NCBI GenBank assembly: GCA_963666275.2
Contig: CAXXOA010000002.1
Coordinates: 1,056,001 to 1,120,000 of the forward strand
Length of the DNA: 64,000 nt
Direction of reading: 5' to 3'
DNA from: Oceanispirochaeta sp.
GTDB taxonomy: Bacteria > Spirochaetota > Spirochaetia > DSM-2461
This document shows, one piece after another, positions 29,527-39,399 of this stretch. Numbering within the stretch: the first letter of the stretch is position 1; every line of letters starts with the position of its first letter. Under the pieces are notes generated by a model, which was not told the origin of the DNA, did not search any database, and saw only the letters and a list, made by a program, of their open reading frames with translations. The translations under genes and the position numbers were made by a program.

Positions 29527-30954
29527 TCATTTGTTTCTCCCCTGACAGGACTTCGCTGCCAGGGGAAGGAACAGGGCGAATTCAGACCCTTCTCCCACCT
29601 GGGAGGATACTGTGATCGTCCCTTTGTGAGTCTCCAGCATATTATAGACTCCTGCCAGTCCCAGACCCGTCCCTTTGCCTTTTTCTTTGGTTGTGAAAAA
29701 GGGATTGAAAATCTTCTCTTTCACTTCAGGGGGGATCCCCTGGCCTGAATCTTTCACGGCTATCTTTGAAAAACATCCCGGCTGAACCGGCAGGAGTGTA
29801 TTCCGGCAGGATTCCCCGTCCAGTTCGACCACAGACACTGACACAGTGATTCTGCCACGGTCCGGCCCCATGGCGTCCCTGGCATTGAAGATCAGATTGA
29901 GAAGGGCATTCTGGAGCTGGGATTTCTCTCCTTTGACAATGCACTCCGCCCGGGGGATCTCCAGCTCCAGTGTCAGTTCCTGCTGGATAGATCTCCGGGC
30001 AAGAAGGATGGTATCTTCAATCACATCCGGAATATTCATGGGCCGGGAGTCAAACTCCTCTTTTCTGCAGAACGAAAGGAGCCGGGATGTCAGATCCTCC
30101 GCACTGTCCATTGCCTGGTATACGATATCAAGGAGATCCTGATTTTCCGGAGTATCTGATTTTTCCATCCTCATACGGAGCGTGTCAGTGGTACTTCTGA
30201 TTCCGGTGAGGATATTGTTCAGATCATGGGCCACCGTTCCCGCCAGCTGCCCCAGGGCGTCCATCTTCTGTGCCTGATTCAGCTGTTCCATCAGCGAGTT
30301 GTACCGGCTGATATCCTGGAATATGCTTATGATCCCCAGAGTCCGGTCCTGCGTGTCTTTGATCAGGGAGGATTTGACAAGCACCAGAGTCCTGCCCCCC
30401 TTCCTGGATTTCAGTAGGATTCCCCCGGGGTTGTCATCTCCGCCGCTGATAATGCGGTTCTGATTAAAAAGCTGTGATTGCCGGTCGGCCCTGTTCTGCA
30501 GTTTTATGACCTTGTGGCAGTCGGTTCCTTTCGCCTCCTCCCTGGACCATCCTGTCATCTCCTCCATAACCCTGTTCATGGACAGAATCCTGCCTACCGG
30601 ATCGGTGGTCATTATCCCGTCTTTCAGGGATTCAAATGAGGCTTCCATCCAGCTCTCATGGCGGGAAATGGTTTTGCGTTCCTCCTCTTTATTCCAGTTG
30701 TTAATAAAGAAAATAAAGATAGAGAGGTAAAGAACCTCTATCATATCCTCCATCGGATCCAGATAGTTGGTAATGCCCTGATGCTCCAGAAGGTTTGATA
30801 AGGAGGTTATAAGGTAGATGGAAACGGATAGCAGCAGAGGGATTTTTATACTGGTTCGGAGGGATTTGGCATTTTTATGAAGTATCAGTACCAGCATGCA
30901 GGAGAGGAGAAACACCGAGGAGAAAAAGCTCAGGACAGCAATATTGTTGATCAA
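29527..30954 (-). CDS. PAS-domain sensor histidine kinase (3 TM, no receiver)
   Basis: PAS (DGIMTTD...MTGWSREEA); [14 protein letters not shown]-box; [28 protein letters not shown] start. Confidence 0.9.
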   Translation of the reverse strand: MINNIAVLSFFSSVFLLSCMLVLILHKNAKSLRTSIKIPLLLSVSIYLITSLSNLLEHQGITNYLDPMEDMIEVLYLSIFIFFINNWNKEEERKTISRHESWMEASFESLKDGIMTTDPVGRILSMNRVMEEMTGWSREEAKGTDCHKVIKLQNRADRQSQLFNQNRIISGGDDNPGGILLKSRKGGRTLVLVKSSLIKDTQDRTLGIISIFQDISRYNSLMEQLNQAQKMDALGQLAGTVAHDLNNILTGIRSTTDTLRMRMEKSDTPENQDLLDIVYQAMDSAEDLTSRLLSFCRKEEFDSRPMNIPDVIEDTILLARRSIQQELTLELEIPRAECIVKGEKSQLQNALLNLIFNARDAMGPDRGRITVSVSVVELDGESCRNTLLPVQPGCFSKIAVKDSGQGIPPEVKEKIFNPFFTTKEKGKGTGLGLAGVYNMLETHKGTITVSSQVGEGSEFALFLPLAAKSCQGRNK

Positions 30955-30955
30955 T

Positions 30956-31222
30956 TCACGCTCCCGAGCCTTTTGTTATTCTGATAATCCCCAGTAGAGT
31001 GAAGATCGCTCCGCACAGCATCATGAAATGTTCCAGAAAATTCATGGTGCTATAGAGGTAAAAGGCTTCTGTCACAGTAAATATATTGGAAAGGAGAAAC
31101 GACAGATAGGCAAAAAAGAAAAAGAGCTTTCCCGGCAGATCTGCTTTTTGAAGCAGTATTCCGATAATAGGTAAGCCTGCGAGGAAGCTTATCATGACAA
31201 AAATTTCATTCGATACCTGCAT
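30956..31222 (-). CDS. Small 3-TM membrane protein coupled to the kinase
   Basis: 88 aa with three hydrophobic segments; stop lies 1 nt before the kinase start codon. Confidence 0.7.
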   Translation of the reverse strand: MQVSNEIFVMISFLAGLPIIGILLQKADLPGKLFFFFAYLSFLLSNIFTVTEAFYLYSTMNFLEHFMMLCGAIFTLLGIIRITKGSGA

Positions 31223-31274
31223 ATACTCAGTTTAATCGATTTTTTTGCGGTTTTGTCCCGTCCGTATGGTATTT

Positions 31275-31811
31275 TTATGGGTTTTTGATGGTTCTCTCTT
31301 CTGCCTTCATAATATCCAGATTCTCCAGGAGCGAATAGAGCCGGGAACTGTCCAGTTCCTTCCGGTTCAGGAACAGATCTGCCCATTCCAGGATCAATCC
31401 ATACTCTTTCAGTTCTGACAGGTGGGGCCGTCTGGTCAGCCATTTCTGTAAAGAGAGTATTTCGGCCCGGTAGATTTTTCTGTCCATCAGAATGCCCTGT
31501 ATATAGCCCTGAAGCCGGAGAGTATCGCAGGTCAGAGGAGATCCATTCTCATCGGAGGCACCGAATTCGGTACAGAAATGCCTGATAAAAGCCACTTCCT
31601 CCTCTTTGAGGATATGACTGTGTGTAAAGGAATCTATAATGGCGAGAAGTTCGCTGACAGGATGATGCCTGATGGCTTCATAGTGCCGTGACTTCCAGTC
31701 TTTGAGCTTCTCCAGTTCCTTTTGATTGATGATTCCATCCGAGGATATTCCATAGAGAAGCCCTTCCAGGGTCAGAATTGCCCGGGCCAGTTCCGATGTC
31801 TCTTGTTCCAT
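31275..31811 (-). CDS. Hypothetical protein with two TerB-like helical repeats
   Basis: LEGLLYGISSDGIINQKE..LKDW and LQGYIQGILMDRKIYRAE..LQKW. Start likely ATG 31811; the longer upstream frame overlaps AT-rich promoter DNA. Confidence 0.6.
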   Translation of the reverse strand: MEQETSELARAILTLEGLLYGISSDGIINQKELEKLKDWKSRHYEAIRHHPVSELLAIIDSFTHSHILKEEEVAFIRHFCTEFGASDENGSPLTCDTLRLQGYIQGILMDRKIYRAEILSLQKWLTRRPHLSELKEYGLILEWADLFLNRKELDSSRLYSLLENLDIMKAEERTIKNP

Positions 31812-31979
31812 ACTTATAATATAGCAAACCAGATCTCCGCAGGATACAAAAATCCTTGTTTTTAGTAAAAATATATCAATTAATGCTTGATTTGAAAGGG
31901 ATATTGAAATACAATCGAAAGCAAAAAGAAAGTTAATTGTAAAGCAATTAAAGGAAATATACAATTTAAGGAGAGGTCC

Positions 31980-33359
31980 ATGGCGGAAATTGTTGTCATG
32001 CCGAAAGCAGGAAATTCTGTTGAATCCTGTATTATTCTAGAGTGGTCGAAGCAGGAGGGAGATACTGTCGCTGTCGGTGACATCCTCTGTGAAGCAGAAA
32101 CAGATAAAACTACTGTCTCGGTGGAATCTACAGCAGAAGGTGTTCTGCTGAAGCAGTTGTACAAGATTGACGATGACGTTCCCGTTATGCTTCCTCTGGC
32201 TATTGTAGGCTCGGAAGGGGAAGATATTTCAGCTCTTCTGGCAGAGGTTCAGTCCGGTGATCAGAGCGCGGAAACGGAAGCCGCCCCGGCGGAGGAAAAT
32301 GCCGCTCCGGCGGCCCCTGCCGCTGTTTCCGCAGCTGCCGCTCCAGCCGCCTCTGTTGAAGTCTCCGGTGAAACCGGAGGATTCGCTTCTCCCAGAGCCC
32401 GAAATCTGGCTGCGGCCAAGGGAGTCAATCTCTCCTCCCTTCCCGGGACCGGTCCCGAAGGCAGGATCATAGAAAGGGATGTCCTTGCGGCGATGGAAGG
32501 TCAGGCTCCCCTGACACCGGCAGCCCTAGAAGAGATGATCAGAACCGGTAAAACCGCTCCCGCTAAGGGAACAGGACTGGGAGGACGGGTTCTGAAATCC
32601 GATCTGACCAGTGTCGCTCCCGCTCCGGCGGCTGTTTCTGCCGCAGTCTCTGCCGATTTCCCCGGACCTGTGGAAGAAATAAAAGTCAAAGGCGTGAGAA
32701 AAGTCACAGCTTCGAGAATGCTCGAATCCATCACACAGACCGCGCAGCTGACAATGAATACCAGTGCCGATGCCACCCGCATCCTGGCCCTGAGAAAACG
32801 GCTGAAAGAGTCTCCCGAAGAGATGGGCCTCCAGAAGGTGACCATCAACGATCTGGTCATGCTTGTGGCAGCCAGAACTCTCCGGGACTTCCCCGAAATG
32901 AACGCCCACTGGCTGGGTGATACGATCCGTCAGTTTTCCCATGTGCATCTGGGATGCGCCGTCGATACGCCCCGGGGTCTGATGGTTCCCGTGATCCGCT
33001 TTGCGGATACTCTCAGCCTGAAAGCGCTGGGTCAGGAGTCCAAAAGACTTTTCAGCAAATGTCTGGAAGGACAGATCGAAGCGGAAGAGCTCTCGGGCGG
33101 AACCTTTACCATTACCAACCTGGGTGCCATGGGGATTGAAAGCTTCACCCCTGTTCTGAACAAACCGGAAGTGGGGATACTGGGAGTCTGCACTGTGCAG
33201 CCCAAGCCCGTAATGAAAGGGGAGGATGTCTCCTTTGTTCCCCATATGGGACTCTCTCTGACCTTTGACCATCAGGCAACCGACGGCGCTCCTGCCGGCA
33301 GGTTTCTGAAGGCTCTTGTAAATAATCTGGAAAATATTGATCTGGTTCTGGCACTGTAA
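31980..33359 (+). CDS. 2-oxoacid dehydrogenase E2 (dihydrolipoamide acyltransferase)
   Basis: Lipoyl ETDK motif, Ala/Pro linkers, E3-binding ASPRAR...GTGPEGRI, catalytic FDHQATDG. Confidence 0.93.
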   Translation: MAEIVVMPKAGNSVESCIILEWSKQEGDTVAVGDILCEAETDKTTVSVESTAEGVLLKQLYKIDDDVPVMLPLAIVGSEGEDISALLAEVQSGDQSAETEAAPAEENAAPAAPAAVSAAAAPAASVEVSGETGGFASPRARNLAAAKGVNLSSLPGTGPEGRIIERDVLAAMEGQAPLTPAALEEMIRTGKTAPAKGTGLGGRVLKSDLTSVAPAPAAVSAAVSADFPGPVEEIKVKGVRKVTASRMLESITQTAQLTMNTSADATRILALRKRLKESPEEMGLQKVTINDLVMLVAARTLRDFPEMNAHWLGDTIRQFSHVHLGCAVDTPRGLMVPVIRFADTLSLKALGQESKRLFSKCLEGQIEAEELSGGTFTITNLGAMGIESFTPVLNKPEVGILGVCTVQPKPVMKGEDVSFVPHMGLSLTFDHQATDGAPAGRFLKALVNNLENIDLVLAL

Positions 33360-33376
33360 GGAGAAGGGTAGCTTAT

Positions 33377-34714
33377 ATGGATAAATACGATCTGATAGTT
33401 ATTGGAGCCGGTCCCGGCGGATATATCGCCGCTGAAAGGGCTGGTCATGAAGGGCTGAAAGTCCTTCTGATAGAAAAAGATAATCTGGGAGGGGTTTGTA
33501 CCAACTGGGGGTGTATTCCCACCAAAAGCCTTCTGAATTCCTCCAAGCTCTATAAAAAAGCCAAGTACAGCGAGTCTTTCGGTGTGACTGCGGAAAATGT
33601 CCAGTTCAGCCTGGAAAAAGCTATGGCTCACAAACAGGATACCATTGATACCCTGCGGAAAGGCATCGCCTTCCTTATGAAGAAAAACAAGGTCGATGTG
33701 GTTATGGCCGAAGCGGAGGTAACCGCAGCTGATACGGTTGTGGCCGACGGAAAGACCTACAAATGCGACAATCTGATTGTAGCCACAGGATCCACGGCCT
33801 TTGTTCCCCCCATTCCCGGATCAGATCTTCCCCATGTTCTTGATAACAAGGGAATCCTCAATGTCGAGAGGATCCCTGAGAATCTGGTCGTGATCGGCGG
33901 CGGCGTGATCGGCGTGGAGTTTGCTTCTTTTTTCAGCAATATCGGTGTGAATGTCTCAGTAGTGGAGATGATGGATGAAATCATCCCCCTGATGGATGCG
34001 GATTTTTCCGTTGCTCTGAGAAAGAGTCTGGACAAAGTGGATTTCCATCTGAAAGCCAGGGTAACCAGAATTGACGACAAGAAAGTTTACTTTGAAAAAG
34101 ATGGTAAAGAAACCGCTCTTGAGGCAGATATGGTCCTGATGGCCGTAGGCCGCCGTCCCATTACCATGGGACTGGAGAAAATCGGTCTGGATGTGGCTCC
34201 CCAGGGGATTCGGGTGGATGAACAGATGAAAACCAACCTTCCCGGTGTTTATGCCATCGGGGACGTAAACGGAAAGTCTCTCCTGGCGCATTCAGCCTCC
34301 CGTATGGCCGAAGTGGCAGTGAACTCCCTTCTGGGCAAGCAGGACCGGATGCGCTACAGCGCCGTGCCCTGGGCCCTTTATACCGAACCGGAAGCTGCGG
34401 GATGCGGTCTGACCGAGAAGGATGCAAAAGAGCAGGGATTCAGCGTGAAAACCGGGGTTATGCAGATGCGGGCCAACGGCCGCTTCCTGGCGGAGCAGGG
34501 TAAAAAGGCTCCGGGAATGTGCAAGGTTGTGGTAGATGCCGACAGCAATGAGATCCTGGGAGTTCATCTTCTGGGTTCCTACAGCTCCGAGATTATCCAC
34601 AGCGCCGCGGCTATGCTGGAGATGGAACTGCGGGTTCAGGATGTGAAAGAGATGATCTTTCCCCATCCTTCCATATCGGAAATTATTAAGGACGCCCTCT
34701 GGGAGATCGGTTGA
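33377..34714 (+). CDS. lpdA: Dihydrolipoyl dehydrogenase (E3)
   Basis: GAGPGG, GGVCTNWGCIPTK disulfide, GGGVIG, HPSISE. Confidence 0.95.
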   Translation: MDKYDLIVIGAGPGGYIAAERAGHEGLKVLLIEKDNLGGVCTNWGCIPTKSLLNSSKLYKKAKYSESFGVTAENVQFSLEKAMAHKQDTIDTLRKGIAFLMKKNKVDVVMAEAEVTAADTVVADGKTYKCDNLIVATGSTAFVPPIPGSDLPHVLDNKGILNVERIPENLVVIGGGVIGVEFASFFSNIGVNVSVVEMMDEIIPLMDADFSVALRKSLDKVDFHLKARVTRIDDKKVYFEKDGKETALEADMVLMAVGRRPITMGLEKIGLDVAPQGIRVDEQMKTNLPGVYAIGDVNGKSLLAHSASRMAEVAVNSLLGKQDRMRYSAVPWALYTEPEAAGCGLTEKDAKEQGFSVKTGVMQMRANGRFLAEQGKKAPGMCKVVVDADSNEILGVHLLGSYSSEIIHSAAAMLEMELRVQDVKEMIFPHPSISEIIKDALWEIG

Positions 34715-34854
34715 TTTTTTGCTCCATATCCTGCGTTGGAAAATACTCAGGTACATACGTACCTTCCGTTTTTCCTGCCCTGTATATGAAACAAATCCTT
34801 CAACCTTAAAGCAAAAAGAATTTAAGCGGCCCACCGGCCAAAGGAGATAAACAT

Positions 34855-37314
34855 ATGGCACAGCAAATTACGGTAGATCCCAAAAAGATCAGAGAATCTG
34901 GAGTGGTCAAACTGAAAGATATTCCCGTTAACCAGTACAAAGGGGATATCAAGGACGAGATCAAGAAATATGGTAAAGACGGCCTGAAACAGGCCTATTA
35001 CGATATGCTCGTGATCCGTGAGTTCGAATCCATGCTCAACTCTATTAAAAAAGAGGGGCATTACCAGGGAATCGAATACAATCACAGAGGTCCCGCCCAC
35101 CTGGCAATCGGTCAGGAGTCCGCCTATGTCGGTCAGGCACTGGCTCTGGATACGGATGACTTCATCTTCGGCTCTCACAGGTCTCACGGAGAGATCCTGG
35201 CCAAGTGTTTCAAAGCGGTTCACGCCATGAAAGAAGCCGACCTGACTTCCGTAATGGAATCCTTTATGGACGGTGATACTCTCAAGGTTGTTCAGGATCA
35301 CAATAACGGAAAGTCTGTACGGGACACGGCGGAAAACTTTGTCCTCTATGGTGCTCTTGCGGAAATCTTCGCCAGAAAAGCCGGTTTCAGCCGGGGGCTT
35401 GGCGGTTCCATGCACACCTTCTTCGCTCCTTTCGGAAGCATGCCCAACAATGCTATCGTCGGTGGTTCCGGAGATATTGCCCTGGGGGCGGCCCTCTTTA
35501 AGAGAGTGAACAGAAAGAACGGTATTGTCATTGCCAATATCGGTGACGGATCTCTGGCCTGCGGACCCGTATGGGAAGGTCTGATGATGGCCGCTATGGA
35601 TCAGTACAAGACCCTCTGGGACAAGGATCTGGGCGGTATGCCTCCCTATCTGCTCAATGTTTTCAATAACTTCTATGCCATGGGTGGTCAGCCTATCGGT
35701 GAAACCATGGGATTCGGAACCACCGCCCGCCTGGGTGCCGGTGTGAACGAAGACAATATGCATGCAGAACGGGTGGACGGATTCAATCCTCTGGCTGTCG
35801 CGGAAGCCACAGCAAGGAAGAAAGAGATCCTGCTGAAAGGACAGGGACCTGCCCTGCTGGATACAATCACCTATAGAATTTCCGGTCACTCTCCTTCGGA
35901 CGCCTCTTCCTACAGATCCAAAGAAGAGATCGATGCCTTTACTCAGATGGACTGCATCGTTGAGTTCGGTGACTACCTGAAAGCCGGTAAAGTGGCTACC
36001 CAGAAAGAACTGGATGCTATGAAAGAAACTGTTGTTGAGAAGATCACCACCACCATGAAGCTGGCAATTGATGATAAGATCAGTCCCCATGTGGATGGAC
36101 AGTTTATCGAGTCTGTTATGTTCTCCGGCGGAAATATTCCCAAGATGGAAGACAGGGAAGCCGAAGTCCTTCAGCCCCTGGAAGAAAACCCCCGGGTTAA
36201 ACAGCTCAAAAGAAAAGCCCGCTACGGTTACGATGAGAACGGCAAAAAACTGCCTGCCTCCAAAACCTATGCCTTCAGAGACGGTATCTTTGAAGCTATG
36301 GCTCACCGTTTTACAGAAGATCCCACTATGATTGCCTACGGAGAGGATGTGAGGGACTGGGGTGGTGCTTTTGCCTGCTACAGAGGTCTCACCGAGCTCC
36401 TTCCCTACCATAGATTTTTCAATTCACCCATTTCCGAAGCGTCCATTGTAGGGGCCGCTGTAGGATACGCCATGGCCGGAGGCCGGGCTGTTGTGGAGCT
36501 CATGTACTGCGACTTCCTGGGAAGAGCGGGAGACGAAGTCTTCAACCAGATGCCCAAATGGCAGTCCATGTCCGCAGGTGTTCTCAAAATGCCCCTGGTT
36601 CTAAGAGTTTCTGTCGGTGCCAAGTACGGCGCCCAGCACTCCCAGGACTGGTCGGCTCTTGTGGCCCATATCCCCGGACTGAAAGTCATGTTCCCCGCTA
36701 CTCCCTACGATGCGAAAGGAATGCTGAACCTGGCCCTGAGAGGAACCGATCCTGTGATCTTCCTGGAAAGCCAGAAGATTTACGGTGAAGCTGAACTCTT
36801 TGTGAAAGAGGGGGTTCCCGAAGGATACTATGAAGTGCCCGAAGGAGAACCTGCAGTACGGAAAGAGGGAAATGATCTGACTATCATGTCCATCGGTGCA
36901 ACCCTGTATCCTGCTATGGATGCAGCGAAAGAGCTGGAAGAGAAGTACGGCCTTTCTGTGGAAGTGATCGACCTGCGGTTCCTGAATCCCCTGAACTATG
37001 AACCTCTTGTGGAATCTCTGAAAAAAACAGGCCGCTGTCTTCTGGTTTCGGACGCAACAGAACGAGGTGCTTTCACTCATAACATCGCATCCAATCTGAG
37101 CCGTCTGGCCTTTGACTATCTGGATGCTCCCATTACAGTACTGGGATCCAGAAACTGGATTTCCCCCCCTGCAGAAATGGAAGAGATATTCTTTCCCCAG
37201 GTTTCCTGGATCGTCGATGCCGTTCATGAACAGATTATGCCGCTGGCAGGGCATAAGGTTGAAACAGTTCAGACCAATGGCGACTGGATCAGACGCCTGA
37301 GAGCAGGAGTATAA
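34855..37314 (+). CDS. Fused E1alpha-E1beta 2-oxoacid dehydrogenase, substrate unknown
   Basis: [21 protein letters not shown]...NN, YRISGHS; beta half GEDV, SPISE, GAQHSQ, IDLR. Confidence 0.9.
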   Translation: MAQQITVDPKKIRESGVVKLKDIPVNQYKGDIKDEIKKYGKDGLKQAYYDMLVIREFESMLNSIKKEGHYQGIEYNHRGPAHLAIGQESAYVGQALALDTDDFIFGSHRSHGEILAKCFKAVHAMKEADLTSVMESFMDGDTLKVVQDHNNGKSVRDTAENFVLYGALAEIFARKAGFSRGLGGSMHTFFAPFGSMPNNAIVGGSGDIALGAALFKRVNRKNGIVIANIGDGSLACGPVWEGLMMAAMDQYKTLWDKDLGGMPPYLLNVFNNFYAMGGQPIGETMGFGTTARLGAGVNEDNMHAERVDGFNPLAVAEATARKKEILLKGQGPALLDTITYRISGHSPSDASSYRSKEEIDAFTQMDCIVEFGDYLKAGKVATQKELDAMKETVVEKITTTMKLAIDDKISPHVDGQFIESVMFSGGNIPKMEDREAEVLQPLEENPRVKQLKRKARYGYDENGKKLPASKTYAFRDGIFEAMAHRFTEDPTMIAYGEDVRDWGGAFACYRGLTELLPYHRFFNSPISEASIVGAAVGYAMAGGRAVVELMYCDFLGRAGDEVFNQMPKWQSMSAGVLKMPLVLRVSVGAKYGAQHSQDWSALVAHIPGLKVMFPATPYDAKGMLNLALRGTDPVIFLESQKIYGEAELFVKEGVPEGYYEVPEGEPAVRKEGNDLTIMSIGATLYPAMDAAKELEEKYGLSVEVIDLRFLNPLNYEPLVESLKKTGRCLLVSDATERGAFTHNIASNLSRLAFDYLDAPITVLGSRNWISPPAEMEEIFFPQVSWIVDAVHEQIMPLAGHKVETVQTNGDWIRRLRAGV

Positions 37315-37350
37315 CCTTTTAAACTTTTTAGAATAGATTTGTGATTTTTT

Positions 37351-37390
37351 GCGGCCCCGGTTCTCCTCCTTTTCCGGGGCCGCTCCTTTT
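37351..37390 (+). terminator. Hairpin terminator between convergent genes
   Basis: GCGGCCCCGG-(13 nt)-CCGGGGCCGC then TCCTTTT. Confidence 0.7.
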
Positions 37391-37421
37391 ATATCAAATC
37401 TGTTGTTTAAAGACTTATGAG

Positions 37422-38738
37422 CTACCTGTAACTCATCATGATTTTTTCTATATCTTCCCTCAACTCTTTTATGCCCGTCTCGGTATCCCTGTCCTCTACT
37501 ACTATCTGAAAAAGGCTTTGTCCGATAAAGTCGTCCATAGATCTATACCATTTGAAATCCGGATCAAGATAGCTGTTCTGTATCAGCGAGGTGAGCAGAG
37601 GATAGTTCAGAAGGTTCATCTCCTCCAGGTCCGAATCGCTGCTGTTGTAGATGGTATTCACCACATTCCTGTTGGCAGGGAGCGTATTGGTTTTGTTCCA
37701 TATCTCAGTCTGGAACTCTTCGTCACTTGTCAGGAATTTTAGAAAGGCGAAAGCCTCCTCTTTATGCCGGGACCGGGAACTCATCCCCACCTGGAGGGTA
37801 TAGAGCTTGGAAGAGCTTTTTCCGGAAGGGCCAGCCGGGAGGGGGATGGCGTCCCATTCAAAGTTTTCATATTTCAGAATCCTGTAGGGGTAGGTGCCGT
37901 ACACCTTGTATTCTGAAAAATTGAAACTCTTGAATCCTACATTTCCTGCTTCAAAATCCTCCTCCCTGACTATCTGTCCCTGATTCAGTTTGTGCATTTT
38001 TTTGAGATACTCCAGAGTCTGGGTCATCCTGCCGTTTTCAAAACCGATTTTCGGTTTGTCAGGATAAAACAGGTAGTCTTCGTTGGTATAGAAAGCATGG
38101 TGCCAGTCATATCCGAAAATTCCGAAAGTATCCGGTTCGCCGTCTCTGTCGCTGTCCTGTGTCAGAGCTCTGCAGATTCTGTATAACTGATCCCAGTTCC
38201 AGTTGTTCCTGTCTATCTCAATACCGGCATCGGAGAGAAGCGTTTTATTCACTGCCAGGAATGAGGGGACAACCGACAGGGGGAGCGAGTACTGTCCTCC
38301 GTTGAATACTCCTGCCTCCAGGGCCCGGGAGTAGTAGGAGTCCCAGGGGAAATCTCTGTCCTCCGAGATAAAGTCATCCAGGTTCTGAAGGAGTCCGATG
38401 GAGGCGTAGGTGTTGAAGTCTTCCTCCACAAGAAGAAACAGGTCCGGTTCCTGACCTTTCAATACCCTCTGGGCCAGCCATTCGGAGTAGTAATTGTACA
38501 TGGTTCCCGTTTTCAGTCGTATCTGTATATTCCGGTTTTCCGGACGGCTGAGAAAAATCTCAATGGCTCTGTCATAAACCGAATAGACAAAGGCCTGGGG
38601 AATACCCCAGCTGTTTCCCGAGTAGACAGACATTTCCAGAACTACTGTCCGGGAAGGGATATACAGGGCCCAGAAGGACGCTGTCCCTAGTACCCCCAGC
38701 AACAGGATCAGGCTGAGTCTCTTATACCTGTTCTTCAT
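37422..38738 (-). CDS. Extracellular solute-binding protein (SBP_bac_1 type) co-transcribed with a two-component system
   Basis: N-terminal TM; EPDLF, GQYSLP, WNWDQL, EAFAFLKFL. Start ATG 38738 overlaps the regulator's 3' end. Confidence 0.82.
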   Translation of the reverse strand: MKNRYKRLSLILLLGVLGTASFWALYIPSRTVVLEMSVYSGNSWGIPQAFVYSVYDRAIEIFLSRPENRNIQIRLKTGTMYNYYSEWLAQRVLKGQEPDLFLLVEEDFNTYASIGLLQNLDDFISEDRDFPWDSYYSRALEAGVFNGGQYSLPLSVVPSFLAVNKTLLSDAGIEIDRNNWNWDQLYRICRALTQDSDRDGEPDTFGIFGYDWHHAFYTNEDYLFYPDKPKIGFENGRMTQTLEYLKKMHKLNQGQIVREEDFEAGNVGFKSFNFSEYKVYGTYPYRILKYENFEWDAIPLPAGPSGKSSSKLYTLQVGMSSRSRHKEEAFAFLKFLTSDEEFQTEIWNKTNTLPANRNVVNTIYNSSDSDLEEMNLLNYPLLTSLIQNSYLDPDFKWYRSMDDFIGQSLFQIVVEDRDTETGIKELREDIEKIMMSYR

Positions 38739-39399
38739 GAAAACTCTTGAGCATGATACCGGACTGAATGGCAAAAATAGCAATCTGGGTCCGGTCCCGG
38801 AGATCCAGTTTTTTCAGAATCATGCTGATGTAGTTCCGAACGGTCCCTTCGGAAAAGTTGATCTCGCTGACAATCTCCTTATTGGAGTATCCTCTCCCTA
38901 TGAGTTGAATAATCTTCAGTTCAATTTCATTGAGCTCTTCAATCTCCTCCTGCTTCTGATTAATGAAGAAGGATTTTGCCATTTTACCGAAAATACTGAA
39001 AACTTTGCTGGCCGTATCAGGTTCGATAGATGCTCCTCCCTGATAGACCGTTTCTATGCTGTTGATAAGGTCGGATTTGGATATTCCCTTAAGCAGAAAT
39101 CCGTCGGCACCGTTCTTCAGAGCATTATAGATGTACTCTTCACTGTCGAATGTGGTCAGCATAATGATTTTAATTCTGCTGTCCTTCTCTTTTATCAGAT
39201 TTACACACTCTATGCCGTTCAGTTCGGGCATACGGATGTCCATCATGATAATATCCGGCTTCATTTCCAGAGCTTTCTGAACCGTCTCTCTGCCGTTGCC
39301 TGCGGTTCCGATGACCTCAAAACGGCTGTCTGAACTTATTAGAAGTTCCAGGCTGTCCCGGATAATTTCCTGATCATCTGCAATCAAAACCTTAATCAT
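38722..39399 (-). CDS. NarL/LuxR family response regulator
   Basis: LIADDQ, MMDIRMP, LTTFD, GYSNKEI...SEGTVRNY...KLDLRDRTQ. Confidence 0.95.
   Translation of the reverse strand: MIKVLIADDQEIIRDSLELLISSDSRFEVIGTAGNGRETVQKALEMKPDIIMMDIRMPELNGIECVNLIKEKDSRIKIIMLTTFDSEEYIYNALKNGADGFLLKGISKSDLINSIETVYQGGASIEPDTASKVFSIFGKMAKSFFINQKQEEIEELNEIELKIIQLIGRGYSNKEIVSEINFSEGTVRNYISMILKKLDLRDRTQIAIFAIQSGIMLKSFHEEQV

Noticed and set aside
32270..32660. Low-complexity GCC/GCT-rich repeats
   Set aside because: Ordinary Ala/Pro linkers of E2.
34749..34764. AGGTAC-ATAC-GTACCT palindrome between lpdA and E1
   Set aside because: Only a 6-bp stem and a single copy; cannot be distinguished from chance.
34822..36411. 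529-aa minus-strand ORF
   Set aside because: Antisense shadow of the strongly codon-biased E1 gene; no recognisable motifs.
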